Origin: Octopus sinensis
Taxonomy: Eukaryota
Reading direction: 5' to 3'
Length of the DNA stretch: 51,641 nucleotides
Assembly: GCF_006345805.1 (NCBI RefSeq)
Contig: NW_021834681.1
Location: 1-51,641 of the forward strand
Below are positions 13,801 through 26,003 of this stretch, piece by piece. Position 1 is the stretch's first letter. Each line of letters starts with the position of its first letter. The notes below the pieces were generated by a model, which made no database searches, was not told the origin of the DNA, and worked only from the letters and a program-made list of their open reading frames with translations. A program made the translations under genes and the position numbers.

Positions 13801-14860
13801 AGTGGCTGCTGCGTATATTAGGTTATTTAGCTCAGTGATATCACTTTTTTTTGATTCAGTGGCTATCAGTTCAGTGACGGCTAGGTTTATGTTGTTTATA
13901 ATAGTGTTGTTATTTTGTTTATTTTGATTCTTGGGAGGTATGGTCGGTGGTCCATTTTGAGCTCTGTGGTTCAGTTCTTTGATTATTTTATTTCTTATAT
14001 TATCATAATCATTAGGCTCCCCTTCGTTGTTTACATCGTGTTTTTGGGAATGTTGCGTTTGTCTTCGTGTGTTTACAGTTTCAGTGTTATATTATTGGGC
14101 ATTGTTGTGTGGCTTCTATCTACATTTTCCTGGTGTATGTTTTCTTTTAGGTGTTCTATTTCTATTTCTGATATTTTTTTTGTGTTGAGAATGTATCTTC
14201 GTACGTTAGCTAATTTATTAGGGTTCATTGCTGTATCCAAGTCTATATCTCTATTATTTTCCTTCCATATTTTATATGTATGTGTTGTTGTATTTTCATT
14301 TTGGGGTAGAGTACTGCTGTGAAGTATGCGTGTAAGATAGAAATGTATTCCTCACGTGTCCATTTACGTCTTTTGGTTTTATTTGCGGGACATGAGGTAC
14401 AACGTCCGGCCCATTATTTTGACGGTCGTCATTTTCGTAGGGTACCGGTCCGTTTATTTCTGTTGTCACATTATTTCGCACGTGTAGTTTTTCGTACATT
14501 TTTTTGTTGTAAGTTTATGTACGTACCGCTCGATTGTTATTCTTGGGTTGAATAGTATCGGTGGATTTAATTTCTTCGTAGTTCCTTTGTACATGGTGTT
14601 TGGGGTCGGAGATGATCGTGATGTTCCACGCATGTTTACATGTGTTGCGTTAGAGGCGGAGATGATATCGAGTCAAAATACATCATTTCGTTTCGAAAAT
14701 AGTAATAAAATTCAATTAGTATTACTTACTCGGATACAGTCCAATTCTTTGTTAGTAAAACTTTGGCTCCATAGGATGTCCTTGTTTTCGATGTTTGTGG
14801 ATAGATTTCGGAGCTCTAAATTTTCCTTCTTACATCTTAAACGTCCCCGGTGTTCTCTCT
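10894..14860 (-). mobile_element. Near full-length R4/Dong-clade non-LTR retrotransposon (copy 4)
   Basis: Single interrupted ORF from the N-terminal RRKWTREE motif through RT to the zinc knuckle and RLE nuclease; flanked by (TTA)n at 10822-10893 and 14861-14972. Confidence 0.96.
10992..14375 (-). pseudogene. Frameshifted polyprotein: N-terminal R4-type domain, reverse transcriptase, CCHC-like knuckle, PD-(D/E)xK restriction-like endonuclease
   Basis: KTKRRKWTREEYISILHAYF (~14320-14380); ENYRPITCLPT, EEQKGCRKG, WIDYKKAFDSIPH, HLLYMDDLKLYA (YMDD ~12544-12555), YKYLG; YRICGDGQETINHIISSC, RHD, NRPDIV..IDVSIP..KEMEKLSKYKDL. Confidence 0.93.
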
Positions 14861-14874
14861 TATTATTATTGCTA

Positions 14875-14942
<68 letters not shown>

Positions 14943-14972
14943 GTTATCATTATTATTATTATTATTATTATT

Positions 14973-15524
14973 GAGTGAGAGAGCAGTTCATGCCAATCAA
15001 AGTGACACTAGGGTAAAATATACGAAGCCCACATATACCCATCATGACTACCCGTCTGATAAAGGTACACCAGGCACATGCATCACAACCATAGTGCGCG
15101 ACATGGTGATCTCAATCAAGATAAACAGCACATGACCTGCAGGTGGGGCCAGTTAGAATTTTCTTCATTTTGAGTAGCCCATCCTGCTCAAACGGTCCCT
15201 GAATAAGGTTTTTAAGGATGTTGAAAGAACCACCCATGTTTCCAGAGAGTGAACTATTCAAACCCCAAAGAATCCCTCTCAACACATGGCTATGATGCTC
15301 CCCCACTACTTCTGCTCGTGATCAGAGATGCACATATCGTCAGCCACTAAGGGACATGCTCAACTGGTTAAGGTCAAACAACTGACAAGCAAATCTGTGG
15401 TATTGAGCAGAATATTTGCTGTAGCCCATCTTTTATACCAAGACAAAACAATGTACATGATAACACTTCCAATCAGTTAAGATAACACTTCCAATCAGTT
15501 AAGATAACACTTCCAATCAGTTAA
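14973..15524 (-). mobile_element. Unclassified ~550-bp non-coding repeat inserted in (TAA)n, with 3x22-bp tandem duplication
   Basis: (TTA)n on both sides; GATAACACTTCCAATCAGTTAA at 15459, 15481 and 15503; strand assumed from Dong polarity. Confidence 0.6.
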
Positions 15525-15878
<354 letters not shown>

Positions 15879-16031
15879 TACGTCCCCGAAACTTAGCGGT
15901 TCGGCAAGAGGGACTGATAGAATAAGTACTAGGCTTAGAAAGAATAAGTCCTGGGGTCGATTTGCTCGACTAAAAGCGGTGCTCCAGCATGGCCACAGTC
16001 AAATGACTGAAACAAGTAAAAGAGTAAAAGA
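15879..16031 (+). mobile_element. SINE family C, 3' half
   Basis: Ends CAGTCAAATGACTGAAACAAGTAAAAGAGTAAAAGA. Confidence 0.85.
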
Positions 16032-16054
16032 AGATAAAGACGCAAACATTTCAT

Positions 16055-16309
16055 CTTTCCTCATTTACTCGTTTCAGTCACAAGACTGCGGCCATGCTGG
16101 GGCACTACCTTGAAGAATCTTTATTCGAATGAACGACCCTAGGACTTTTTTAAAAAATAAAGCCTGCTACTCATTCTATCAGAATCTATTTGCCGAAGAG
16201 CTACGTTATGGGGACGTAAACAAACCACTGTCAAACAGTGGTGGGGGACAAGCACGGACTCTAACACACTTATATATACATATACATATATATATATATA
16301 TATAGGACT

Positions 16310-16341
<32 letters not shown>

Positions 16342-16370
16342 CATATATATATAGGATTTATATATATATA

Positions 16371-16404
<34 letters not shown>

Positions 16405-17031
16405 TATATATATATATATATATATATAGGACTTATATATACATATATATATTGGACTTGTGGAGGCGCAATGGCCCAGTGGTTAGGGCAGCGGACTCGC
16501 GGTCGTAGGATCGCGGTTTCGATTCCCAGACCGGCGTTGTGATTGTTTTTATTGAGCGAAAACACCTAAAGCTCCACGAGGCTCCGGCAGGGATGGGGTG
16601 ATCCCTGCTGTACTCTTTCACCACAACTTTCTCTCACTCTTACTTCCTGTTTCTGTTGTACCTTATTTCAAGGGCCGGCCTTGTCACTCTCTGTGTCACG
16701 CTGAATATCCCCGAGAACTACGTTAAGGGTACACGTGTCTGTGGAGTGCTCAGCCACTTACATGTTAATTTCACGAGCAGGCTGTTCCGTTGATCGAATC
16801 AACCGGAACCCTCGTCGTCGTAACCGACGGAGTGCTTCCATTCCATTCCATATTGGACTTATATATGCATATATATATAGATAGGACGAGCTTCTTTCAG
16901 TTTCCGTCTACCAAAACCACTCACAAGGCTTTGGTCGACCCGAGGCTACAGTAGAGCCTTGCAGTGGGACTGAACCCGGAACCATGTGGTTGGAAAGCAA
17001 GCTTCTTACCACACAGTCCTGCCTGCACCTA
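16055..17031 (-). mobile_element. SINE family C split by a nested SINE B insertion
   Basis: Tail 16055-16260, internal (TA)n, head 16881-17031. Confidence 0.82.
16460..16849 (+). mobile_element. Full-length tRNA-derived SINE family B, tail B1, with 11-bp TSD
   Basis: Head GGAGGCGCAATGGCCCAGTGGTTAGG...GGTTTCGATTCC, (TTCCA)3 tail, TSD ATATTGGACTT at 16449-16459 and 16850-16860. Confidence 0.92.
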
Positions 17032-17080
17032 TATCTACATAGCTTTCTTTTTTTCTGTCTATAGCCCGAAATAATAGTAA

Positions 17081-17165
17081 AACACACTTGCTCAAGGTGG
17101 GACTGAACCCAGAACCATGTGGTTGGGAAACAGATCTCTTACCACACAGCCACGTCTGCGCCTAT
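17081..17165 (-). mobile_element. SINE family C head fragment
   Basis: Matches 16960-17031. Confidence 0.75.
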
Positions 17166-17640
17166 CTGTAGTAGGTATATTTGAAGACACTAACCTCCTT
17201 ATCATTAGAATAAATAAAGAGAAAATTAGGGTTCTCCTTACCCCCTTCCACGCACTTCCTTCGTAAAAGATTAGGGGTAAAAAGCGGAGGATGTGTATTT
17301 GCATTGATTTATGGCTATCTTGCGATCTCACTTGTTCTATTTAAAGGGTGGGGTTCCGGGTCCTTAATGGCCGGTGACGAAAGGAAATATAGCAGAAACG
17401 AAGGTCGTGGGTTTATAACAGCGAAGGTGCGGCGACGGGGTTGAGGTTGGGAGAGAAAAGGAGGTCATGCAGTGGTTGTTTAATGGAAGCGATAGCGTTA
17501 GGTGCGTTGTGAGTGGTTATTGCTGTTAGTGGACGACGATGACGACGATGATGCTAATGCTGATGCTGATGATGACGATGATGATAATAATAATAAAAAT
17601 AATAATGATAAAGATAATAATAATAACAATAATAACAATA

Positions 17641-18037
17641 TTTTTTTCTACTCTAGGAACAAGGCCCGAAATTTTGGGGGAGGGGCACCAGTCGATTAGG
17701 TCGTCTCCAGTACGCAACTGGTGCTTAATTTATTGAAATTAAGGATGAAAAGCAAAGTCGACCTCGGCGGAATTTAAGCTCCGGAACGTAAAGACAGACG
17801 AAATACTTATTTCTTTACTACCCACAAAGGGATAAACACAGAGAGGACAAACGAGGACAGACAAACGGATTGAGTCGATTATATCGACTCCAGTGTGTAA
17901 CTGGTACTTATTTAATCGACCCCGAAAGGAGGAAAGGCAAAGTCGACCTCGGCGGATTTGAACTCAGAACGTAGCGGCAGACGAAATACCGCTAAGCATT
18001 TCGTCCGGCGTGCTAACGTTTCTGCCAGCTCACTGCC

Positions 18038-18098
<61 letters not shown>

Positions 18099-18565
18099 TA
18101 ATAATGATGATGATGATGATGATTTCTTTTATTGGCCACAAGGGCCCGAGACATGGAGAAACAATATCGGAGGACGAGTTACAGCACACAAATCAAAACC
18201 AAAAATATACAAAAACAAAATCAAAAACAGGTGGGGTTTACATCGATCGAAGGGAGATACTGCCACATTAAGGGATATAACAGTGGATACATAACAGAAA
18301 GTAGAGAAATAAATAAATAAATAAATAAATAAATAGAATCCTCAATAGAATCCAGCAGTTTTGGGGGACGGGTTTAGTCGATTTTATCGACCCTGGTGCT
18401 CAACTGATACTTAATTTATCGACCCAGAAAGGATGAATATCAAAGTCGAACTCGGCGGAATTTGAACTCAGAACGTAAAGACAAATAGAAATACCGCGAA
18501 GCATTTTGCCGAGCGTGTTAACGACTCTGCCAGCTCGCCATTTTAATATAATGTAAATAATAATG

Positions 18566-18627
<62 letters not shown>

Positions 18628-19559
18628 TTAATAATAATAATAATAGTAAAGGAGGTGATCTGGTTGAATCGTTAGCGCGCCAGACATATTGCTTAGCGGT
18701 ATGCCGTCCGTCTTCACGTTCTGAGTTCAAATTCAACCGGGGTCAACTTTGCCTTTCATCCTTTCGGGGTCGATAAATTAAGTACCAGCTTGCTTCCCCA
18801 AAACTGCTGGCCATGTGCCAAAATTTGAAACCAATAGTAATAATAACAATAATAATTCTTCCTACTATAGGCACGAGTAGAACCTTGGGTGAGGGTCGAC
18901 TACATCGACTACATCGACTACATCGACTACATCGACTACATCGACTACATCGACTACATCGACTACATCGACCCCGCTGTTCAACTGGTACTTATTTTAT
19001 CGACCCTGAAAGAACGAAATACAAAAGTCGACCTCGGCGGAATTTGAACTCAGAACACGAAGACGGACGAAATGTTTCGAAGCATTTTATCCGGTGTTCT
19101 AATGATTCTGTTAGTTGGACGCCTGAATAATAATATTTCTTCCAACTTTTGGAACAAGGACAGAAATTTCTGAGGGGAGGGGTTAAGTCGATTACATCAA
19201 AACCAGTACTTGACTGGTACTTTATTTTATCGACCTTGGAAAGATGAAAGGCAGAGTCCACTTCGGCTGGATTTGAACTCAGAGCATAAAGAGCCGCAAG
19301 AAAAGCATTGCGGTAATAACCATCCCGGCAAGCTGGCAGAATCGTTAGCACGCCGGGCGAAATGCCCAGCAGTATTTCGTCTGCCGCTACGTTCTGAGTT
19401 CAAATTCCGCCGAGGTCGATTTTGCCTTTCATCCTTTCGGGGTCGATTAAGTAAGTACCAGTTACACACTGGGGTCGATATAATCGACTCAATCCGTTTG
19501 TCTGTCCTTGTTTGTCCTCTCTGTGTTTAGCCCCTTGTGGCTAGTAAAGAAATAGGTAG
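17641..19559. mobile_element. Cluster of seven SINE family A copies in mixed orientation
   Basis: Approx. 17641-17806(-), 17807-18039(-), 18353-18541(-), 18651-18833(+), 18855-19124(-), 19135-19320(-), 19326-19559(+). Confidence 0.85.
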
Positions 19560-19729
19560 TAACCATTTCCTTTTCAGCTTTTAAAAACATTTTTTTTTTA
19601 CATATGGGACTAATTATTCAATTCTTTGAAGACGGTGGTCGGTGTTATGAGGGAGATAAGCTGCTATTTCTAGCATGCCGAGCACTGGTGGTAAACATGA
19701 GTGTCTTGTGAGAGTTTAATTGTTTCAGT

Positions 19730-19966
19730 TCATATGGTGGTGATGGTGATGGTGGTGGTGGTGGTGGTATTGATGGTGGTTTGCTGCTGATGGTGGTTGT
19801 GGTGGTGGAGATGGTGGTACTGGCGCTTATATTGATGGTGTTGGTGATGGCGGCAGTGGGTGGTACTGGAGGTGGGAGTTATGGTAGTAGCAGTGGTGGT
19901 GGAGAGACTGGTGGTGGTGGCAGTGGTAGTGATTGAATAAGAGGGTTGTGATGTTAGCGATAGTAC

Positions 19967-20037
<71 letters not shown>

Positions 20038-20345
20038 GTAGTAGCATTTGTAGCGGTGGTGGTGCTAGGCAGTTGACGACGACGACGACGTTGATGAAGA
20101 TAATGGTGGTGGTGATGATGATGGTGATGTTAATGGTAATAATGTTGATGATGATAATGATGATGTTGATGATGACGATGAAGACAAGAATGATGATGGT
20201 GGCGATGAGGATGGTGGCGATGAGGATGGTGGTAGCGATGATGGTGGTGATAGCAGTGATGGCAAGAATGATGATGATGATGGTAGTGATGGTGATGAAG
20301 ACGACGACGATGATGATGATGATCACCACCATCATCATGGTTTTG
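19730..20345. repeat. (GGT)n/(GTA)n/(GAT)n low-complexity block
   Basis: Visible. Confidence 0.9.
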
Positions 20346-20531
20346 GCGATGGTGTCCGTGAATTAGGGAAGAACCGGTTTGTTGTGTCAGATAAAGGCGG
20401 GAAGGAATTGCTTAATGGAGTTAAGATATGTGTCTGCCTATCACTGTGCAGGGGTGGGGTGGCCTCCGCTTGTCCGTGTGTCCTTTTGATCCTCATACAT
20501 GTGTGTGTATGTATGTCTTGGTAGTAGTATG

Positions 20532-20569
<38 letters not shown>

Positions 20570-20983
20570 TATATGTATGTTTGTATGTTTGTATATATGT
20601 AAGGACAACACTGATATAGCTAATGGTTGTTGTTGTTGCGGTCTTTTAAGTCTTAAATCGGCGGAAACTGTATATGTCTGTACTAATTTACTTATTCAAA
20701 CCCATCCCATTTAGTAACACAAAAGTTCAAATGCCTCCAACTGCTCCTCCTTCTCCTTATCGTCATCATCTGCTTAATTCCTCTCCACGCCCACCCCCTC
20801 AACTTGTAATGATGAGTTACTAGAATATTAAGAAAACGCCTATGAACTTTGTGTTTAAAATGTGCTAAAATAAAAAAAAAATAATACACTCTCAAGGTTT
20901 GAACCAAGATCACGGGAGAAGAAAATGTCAATATTACCTACACTAAAAAGAGTCCAGTAGATATGTTTCCGTGGGAATGGAAA

Positions 20984-21017
20984 ATCCAACGTTTCGGAAA
21001 AAATCCTTTCTCAGAGA
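20984..21017 (-). ncRNA. Decayed minimal hammerhead motif (Penelope-type)
   Basis: TCT-CTGAGAA-A-GGA-TTTTT-TCC-GAAACGTT-GGA; core G8 mismatched. Confidence 0.35.
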
Positions 21018-21479
21018 AAAGATGAGAGAACAATTATATTGAGGACCCAGTATAGGTAAGGCGTAAAATGTGTTGTAGATAGAAGGTTCAATTTCTCATA
21101 TTTGTCCAGTGGATTCATTCTGCTTAGGAGAAAGTTTATTACTTCCATTTTCTCTGTATTAGAAGAATATAAGTATTACTGTCGAGGCAACCTGTGGGTA
21201 CGGGCAGGGGGACAAATACAAGCCTACAAAGTCTGGCAAAACTAATGAAGTGAAACAGTTACAGCGTAGATTAGAAATCTTATCGGGAAAATCGATTTGG
21301 CTATAATGTTTGTTGCGTCTGTCCGCTGTCTTACTTTGCAGATTCATGCCTAATGACCGGGTCTTGGTGTTAAGAAAGAAATGCACTTAGATTTTGTCGG
21401 AAGACATAGCGAAACGTTAACTATGCGTTTGTGTGTGCGTGTGTGTTTGGATGTGTGTGGATGTGTATCCGTGGGTGTG

Positions 21480-21830
21480 AAGGAGAGACTGGAAAGGATA
21501 GAGAAGTAGAGAGATACAGAGAAAAGGTGAAACAGAGGCGGAAGGGAGGGAGATAGCGGGCGAGAGAAAAGGAGAGAGAGTGAAAGCAAGACTCAGAGAG
21601 TTAGAGAGAGAGAGAGAGAGAAAGAAAGAAAGAGAGAGATGCAGGGAGAGAGAAAGGAGTGAGATGGAGAAGGTTGAGGGAGAGAGAGGGAGAGAGAAAA
21701 ACAAGAAAGAGAGAGAAAGATAGAGAAAGAGAGTGAGAAGAGAATGGAAGAGGATAGTAAGAAAAATGAGAGAGAGAGAGGAGAGAGAGAGAGAGAAAAT
21801 AAGATCGGGGAAAGAGAGATGAGAGGGGTG
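21480..21830. repeat. GA-rich polypurine tract
   Basis: Visible. Confidence 0.9.
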
Positions 21831-22099
21831 GTAGTGTCAAGAAGGCGGGATATATTTAAAATCTTTGAATCTCGATTATAAGAGTTTCCAAACTATGTAA
21901 CCGTATTGCACCTAACGACGACAACAACAACAGTATGAACAACCAGCAGAGATAACAACGTCAAATAACAAGAAAAACAAGAACAACAAGAGCATGATCA
22001 ACTACATTCGATCTTCTTCAATTTACATCGTTCGATATAAATGTTGAGGAATAAATACAGTTAATAAGATGGGTGTGTGTATATGTATTGTTTTTTGTA

Positions 22100-22340
22100 T
22101 TATATGCGCCATTTTGTTTCAAATAATCTTAAAACTATTGCCGCTCTATTATATAGCCAGAGGCGGGAAATCATTTACAATTGAGTTTGGAAGTGAGAAG
22201 AGGTAATAGACAAACAAACAAAACTAAAAAATAACAATAACAAAAAAATCAACAACGAGAAATCCAACAAAAAAAGAAGACATACACAAAATAAAAAAAA
22301 AAGAATATCCACCGCGGCCGCCATTTGCTTCGCCATCTTA
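22100..22340 (-). promoter_or_regulatory. Promoter-like motif cluster (YY1-like x3, E2F-like)
   Basis: CGCCATTTT 22107-22115, GGCGGGAAA 22162-22170, GCCGCCATTT 22317-22326, CGCCATCTT 22331-22339. Confidence 0.25.
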
Positions 22341-22534
22341 ACAGGAACAGCAATAGCAACAACAGCAATAGTAACGACAGCAATAGCAACAACAATGATG
22401 ATGACAAGGGAAACGAACAAACAACAGCATAAACAAAAGTCTGGATAAAATATATACAAAAATATACAAAACCAAAAGACAAAACAAAGAAGAATTATAA
22501 AAACTACGAAATAATCCAAATATCAGCAACAAAC

Positions 22535-22813
22535 GACGACAAAATAATGGTAGATATATGTATGTATGTATGTATATATATATATATATATAATGCATGT
22601 ATACATGTATATACGTGCATATATGTATTTATGAATATATACCTATATGTGTATATAGGTATATATATATATATATACGTACATATATATATAAATGTAT
22701 ATCTATGTATAATATACATATATATGTGTGTATGTATGTATATAATATGTATATATATATATATATATATATTCTACATACATATATATATGTATATATA
22801 TATATATATATAT

Positions 22814-22871
<58 letters not shown>

Positions 22872-23156
22872 ATATTATACTATATATATACATATATATA
22901 TATTTTATATGTACGATTGTACAGGTCTGCAAATTTATGAGACAGCATCATTATCAATTTACAAGCAAGCTTTTGATAGCGCCATTTATTTTCGGAAACT
23001 GTAATCTTACGTGTGTGTGTTGTGTGTGAGTTTGATTTTCTGCATTGAGTGTGCGAGAAAGCATGTCTTTCGCCTTTCACTCTCCTTTCTTTCCTCTCGC
23101 TTTCTATGTGCCTTGAGTGTGTCTATATATAATATATATAGTATATATATATAAGT

Positions 23157-23201
<45 letters not shown>

Positions 23202-24126
23202 CTATATACATTATACACCACACAGGCACATAAATTACACTACATTTATACATACATTTATACACACATATATATATACACACACACACACACATTTACA
23301 TTATATACACACATTACGGGCTGAAGTCTTAATATATCAATATTGCAATTCTGTCTGTCTGTGTGTCTCTTCTCCTTCTTTCTCTGTCTCTCTTTCGATC
23401 TCTTTCTATATCTATACTTTCTAAGCGCACACCCTTTTCTTCATTTCCTTTTCGTTCTTTTCTTCCCCCTCCTTCTTCCTTATCCTCTCCGCCACATCTT
23501 CCCTCCCACTCTCACGTATACGACCTATTCCCCCATCACCACATACACATCTCAAACACCCCCTCCCGCCATCCAAACACCCATTTTCCGCCATTACGAA
23601 TCACAAAACCTCCGCCAAATATTGCAACAAACCATTCCTCCTCCTCCTCATCCTCCTCCTCCTCATCCAACGCACCACCAACGTTTGATTGTCTATTGTA
23701 TACGGCAAGTTAAGTAGCAGGAATGGTAAACCGGTTTTCTTGAAGAATCACTTCTTCAACGACCTCCACCTTTCTGATTTATTTACCTCGCTTCCACTCC
23801 TCCAAATGGCGAATATCGCTAATGAACACTTTGAACCGATGTTCAAAGAATTTTCAACGAAAACCAAAGCGATTCTTATTTCAATTCCCCATAATGACGC
23901 GGATAATGGTCACCTGAACAAGGGCGATGTTATATTTAGGGGATATCCATTACAGGAAGAGATTCACAGAGACGAGATTATTTCTACGTGGATGTACATG
24001 CCAGCATCTGTGTATACGCATGTGTATAGAGTCATATTCTCTCTGTTTCCGTCTGTATCTCTGTCTCTATCTGTATATGCATATGAACAGTGGTATGTAC
24101 ATGTCTATACGTATATATATATATAT

Positions 24127-24180
<54 letters not shown>

Positions 24181-24545
24181 TAAATATATATAAATAATAT
24201 ATATACATATATACATATATACATATACATATACATGTATATATACATATATAAATACATACATATATAGATGCGTAAATATATATACAAGTATATACAT
24301 ATATACATATTTATATACATATATTCATATATGTATATATAGTATGTATATATGATTATATATGCACATACGTATACGTACATACATGTATAGACAGATA
24401 TATGGAAACAGACATATATATATATACGTGATGTACGTGAGCCCGCGTCTGCATGATTACGTATGCGTGTGCATATATATATGCATATATATATATACAC
24501 ATATATATATATATATGAATATGTATATATATATGTGTATATATG

Positions 24546-24592
<47 letters not shown>

Positions 24593-25150
24593 AGGCACGC
24601 GCTCACAACCACCTGCACACACACAAACAAACACATATAAACCCACGCACACACACAAACTCGCATTTATACACCCATATTGCAATCAAATTTACTGACG
24701 AAAGCAGAAACCGTGTGTGAAACCACGTCGCGGATTTCATACATTTGCTGTACACCCGCAAGTGTATGTGTATGTATATAAGAGTGTATTTATATATGTA
24801 TATGTAGATGCGTATATGTATGTGCATATTGATGTATAGCATGCCTGTGTATGTATATATTTATGCTTATACATATATATGTATACGCATATGTCTATAT
24901 AGATGGATAATTTATGTATATATGTGTGGTTCTCTGTGCCTGTGTGTATAGCATGCATATGCGTATATACATGCACGCACACACACACAAACATACACAC
25001 ACAAGCATACATACATACATCTCTATATATATAAGTATATATATATAAATATGTACATATACATATATATGTTTAAATGTACATATATGTATATATATAA
25101 ATATATACATATACATATATACGTATGGACACACACACACACACACATAA
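22535..25150. repeat. Extended (TA)n/(TATG)n/(CA)n arrays with short unique spacers
   Basis: Visible. Confidence 0.85.
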
Positions 25151-25693
25151 ACAAATGCTCTGTCCCCCACACAGACATATAAGTGCAGGTGGCTGAGTGG
25201 CTAAAAGGTTCATTTAAGCGACCTGGTTTGGGGTTTAGTCCTACTGGGCGACACATTGGCCCTGAGTCTTCCAAAGCGTCGGACCAATTAATCCATGTGA
25301 ATGGACACCCCCACTCACACACATACACACACACATATTTACACACATGCACATACACGCATACACACACACACATCTCTGTGTCTTCGTGTTTGCCACC
25401 GCACCAATAAACCACTGACGTTGGTTTGTTTACATTTCCCCGCAACTCATGTACGTGCATACGTGGGTATGATTGTGCGACCATGCTGGGGCATTGTCTT
25501 GATGTATTTAGTCAAATAATTCGAGTGTAGTGCTTATTTTAAATCTGGTACTTATTCTATCCGACTCTTCGGATGAGCCCCTAAGTTACGGTTTTAGATA
25601 ACCGAAATTTAGGTCAGTGGGAAAAGTTACCGCGGAGAAAAAAAAACCAAACAAAATTGCCTCTTGTGGTAAAATGGTGTAAAACCATCATAT

Positions 25694-25870
25694 CTGCTCC
25701 CTGTCGTATTCCTGAATGCATTTCCAGCTGATTGGCCTTCGTCAGTTGCGAGTACTGAAGGCAGGCAACTCTGGACATACTAAATTAAAGCCGTAACATT
25801 AAGTAAAACGCAGGCAATAATATTATAGCTGAAGAGATAGAAACGCGTCTGGAAATCCGACAGGGAGCAG
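25694..25870. mobile_element. MITE-like element, 177 bp
   Basis: 13-bp perfect inverted repeat CTGCTCCCTGTCG (25694-25706) / CGACAGGGAGCAG (25858-25870), extending imperfectly inward; no TSD seen. Confidence 0.5.
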
Positions 25871-25953
25871 TGCTGGATAGTTATGGTGTTTTTACACCTT
25901 TTTACCATAAGAGAGAATTTATATCATTATCATATTTCAACTAACCTAAAGTT

Positions 25954-26000
<47 letters not shown>

Positions 26001-26003
<3 letters not shown>

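Noticed and set aside
14760-14860. HDV-like ribozyme at the Dong 5' end (known in some R2/R4 elements)
   Set aside because: Could not find P1/P2/P3 pairings by eye; a covariance-model search would be needed
13472-15135. Plus-strand hydrophobic ORFs resembling membrane proteins
   Set aside because: Antisense shadows of the A-rich Dong ORF and of (TTA)n
24685-24740. CTGACGA...GAAACCACGTC as a hammerhead
   Set aside because: Stems I and II do not pair convincingly
25829-25849. CTGAAGA-GATA-GAAACGCGTC as a hammerhead
   Set aside because: No room for stem II, stem I does not pair, and it lies within a MITE arm
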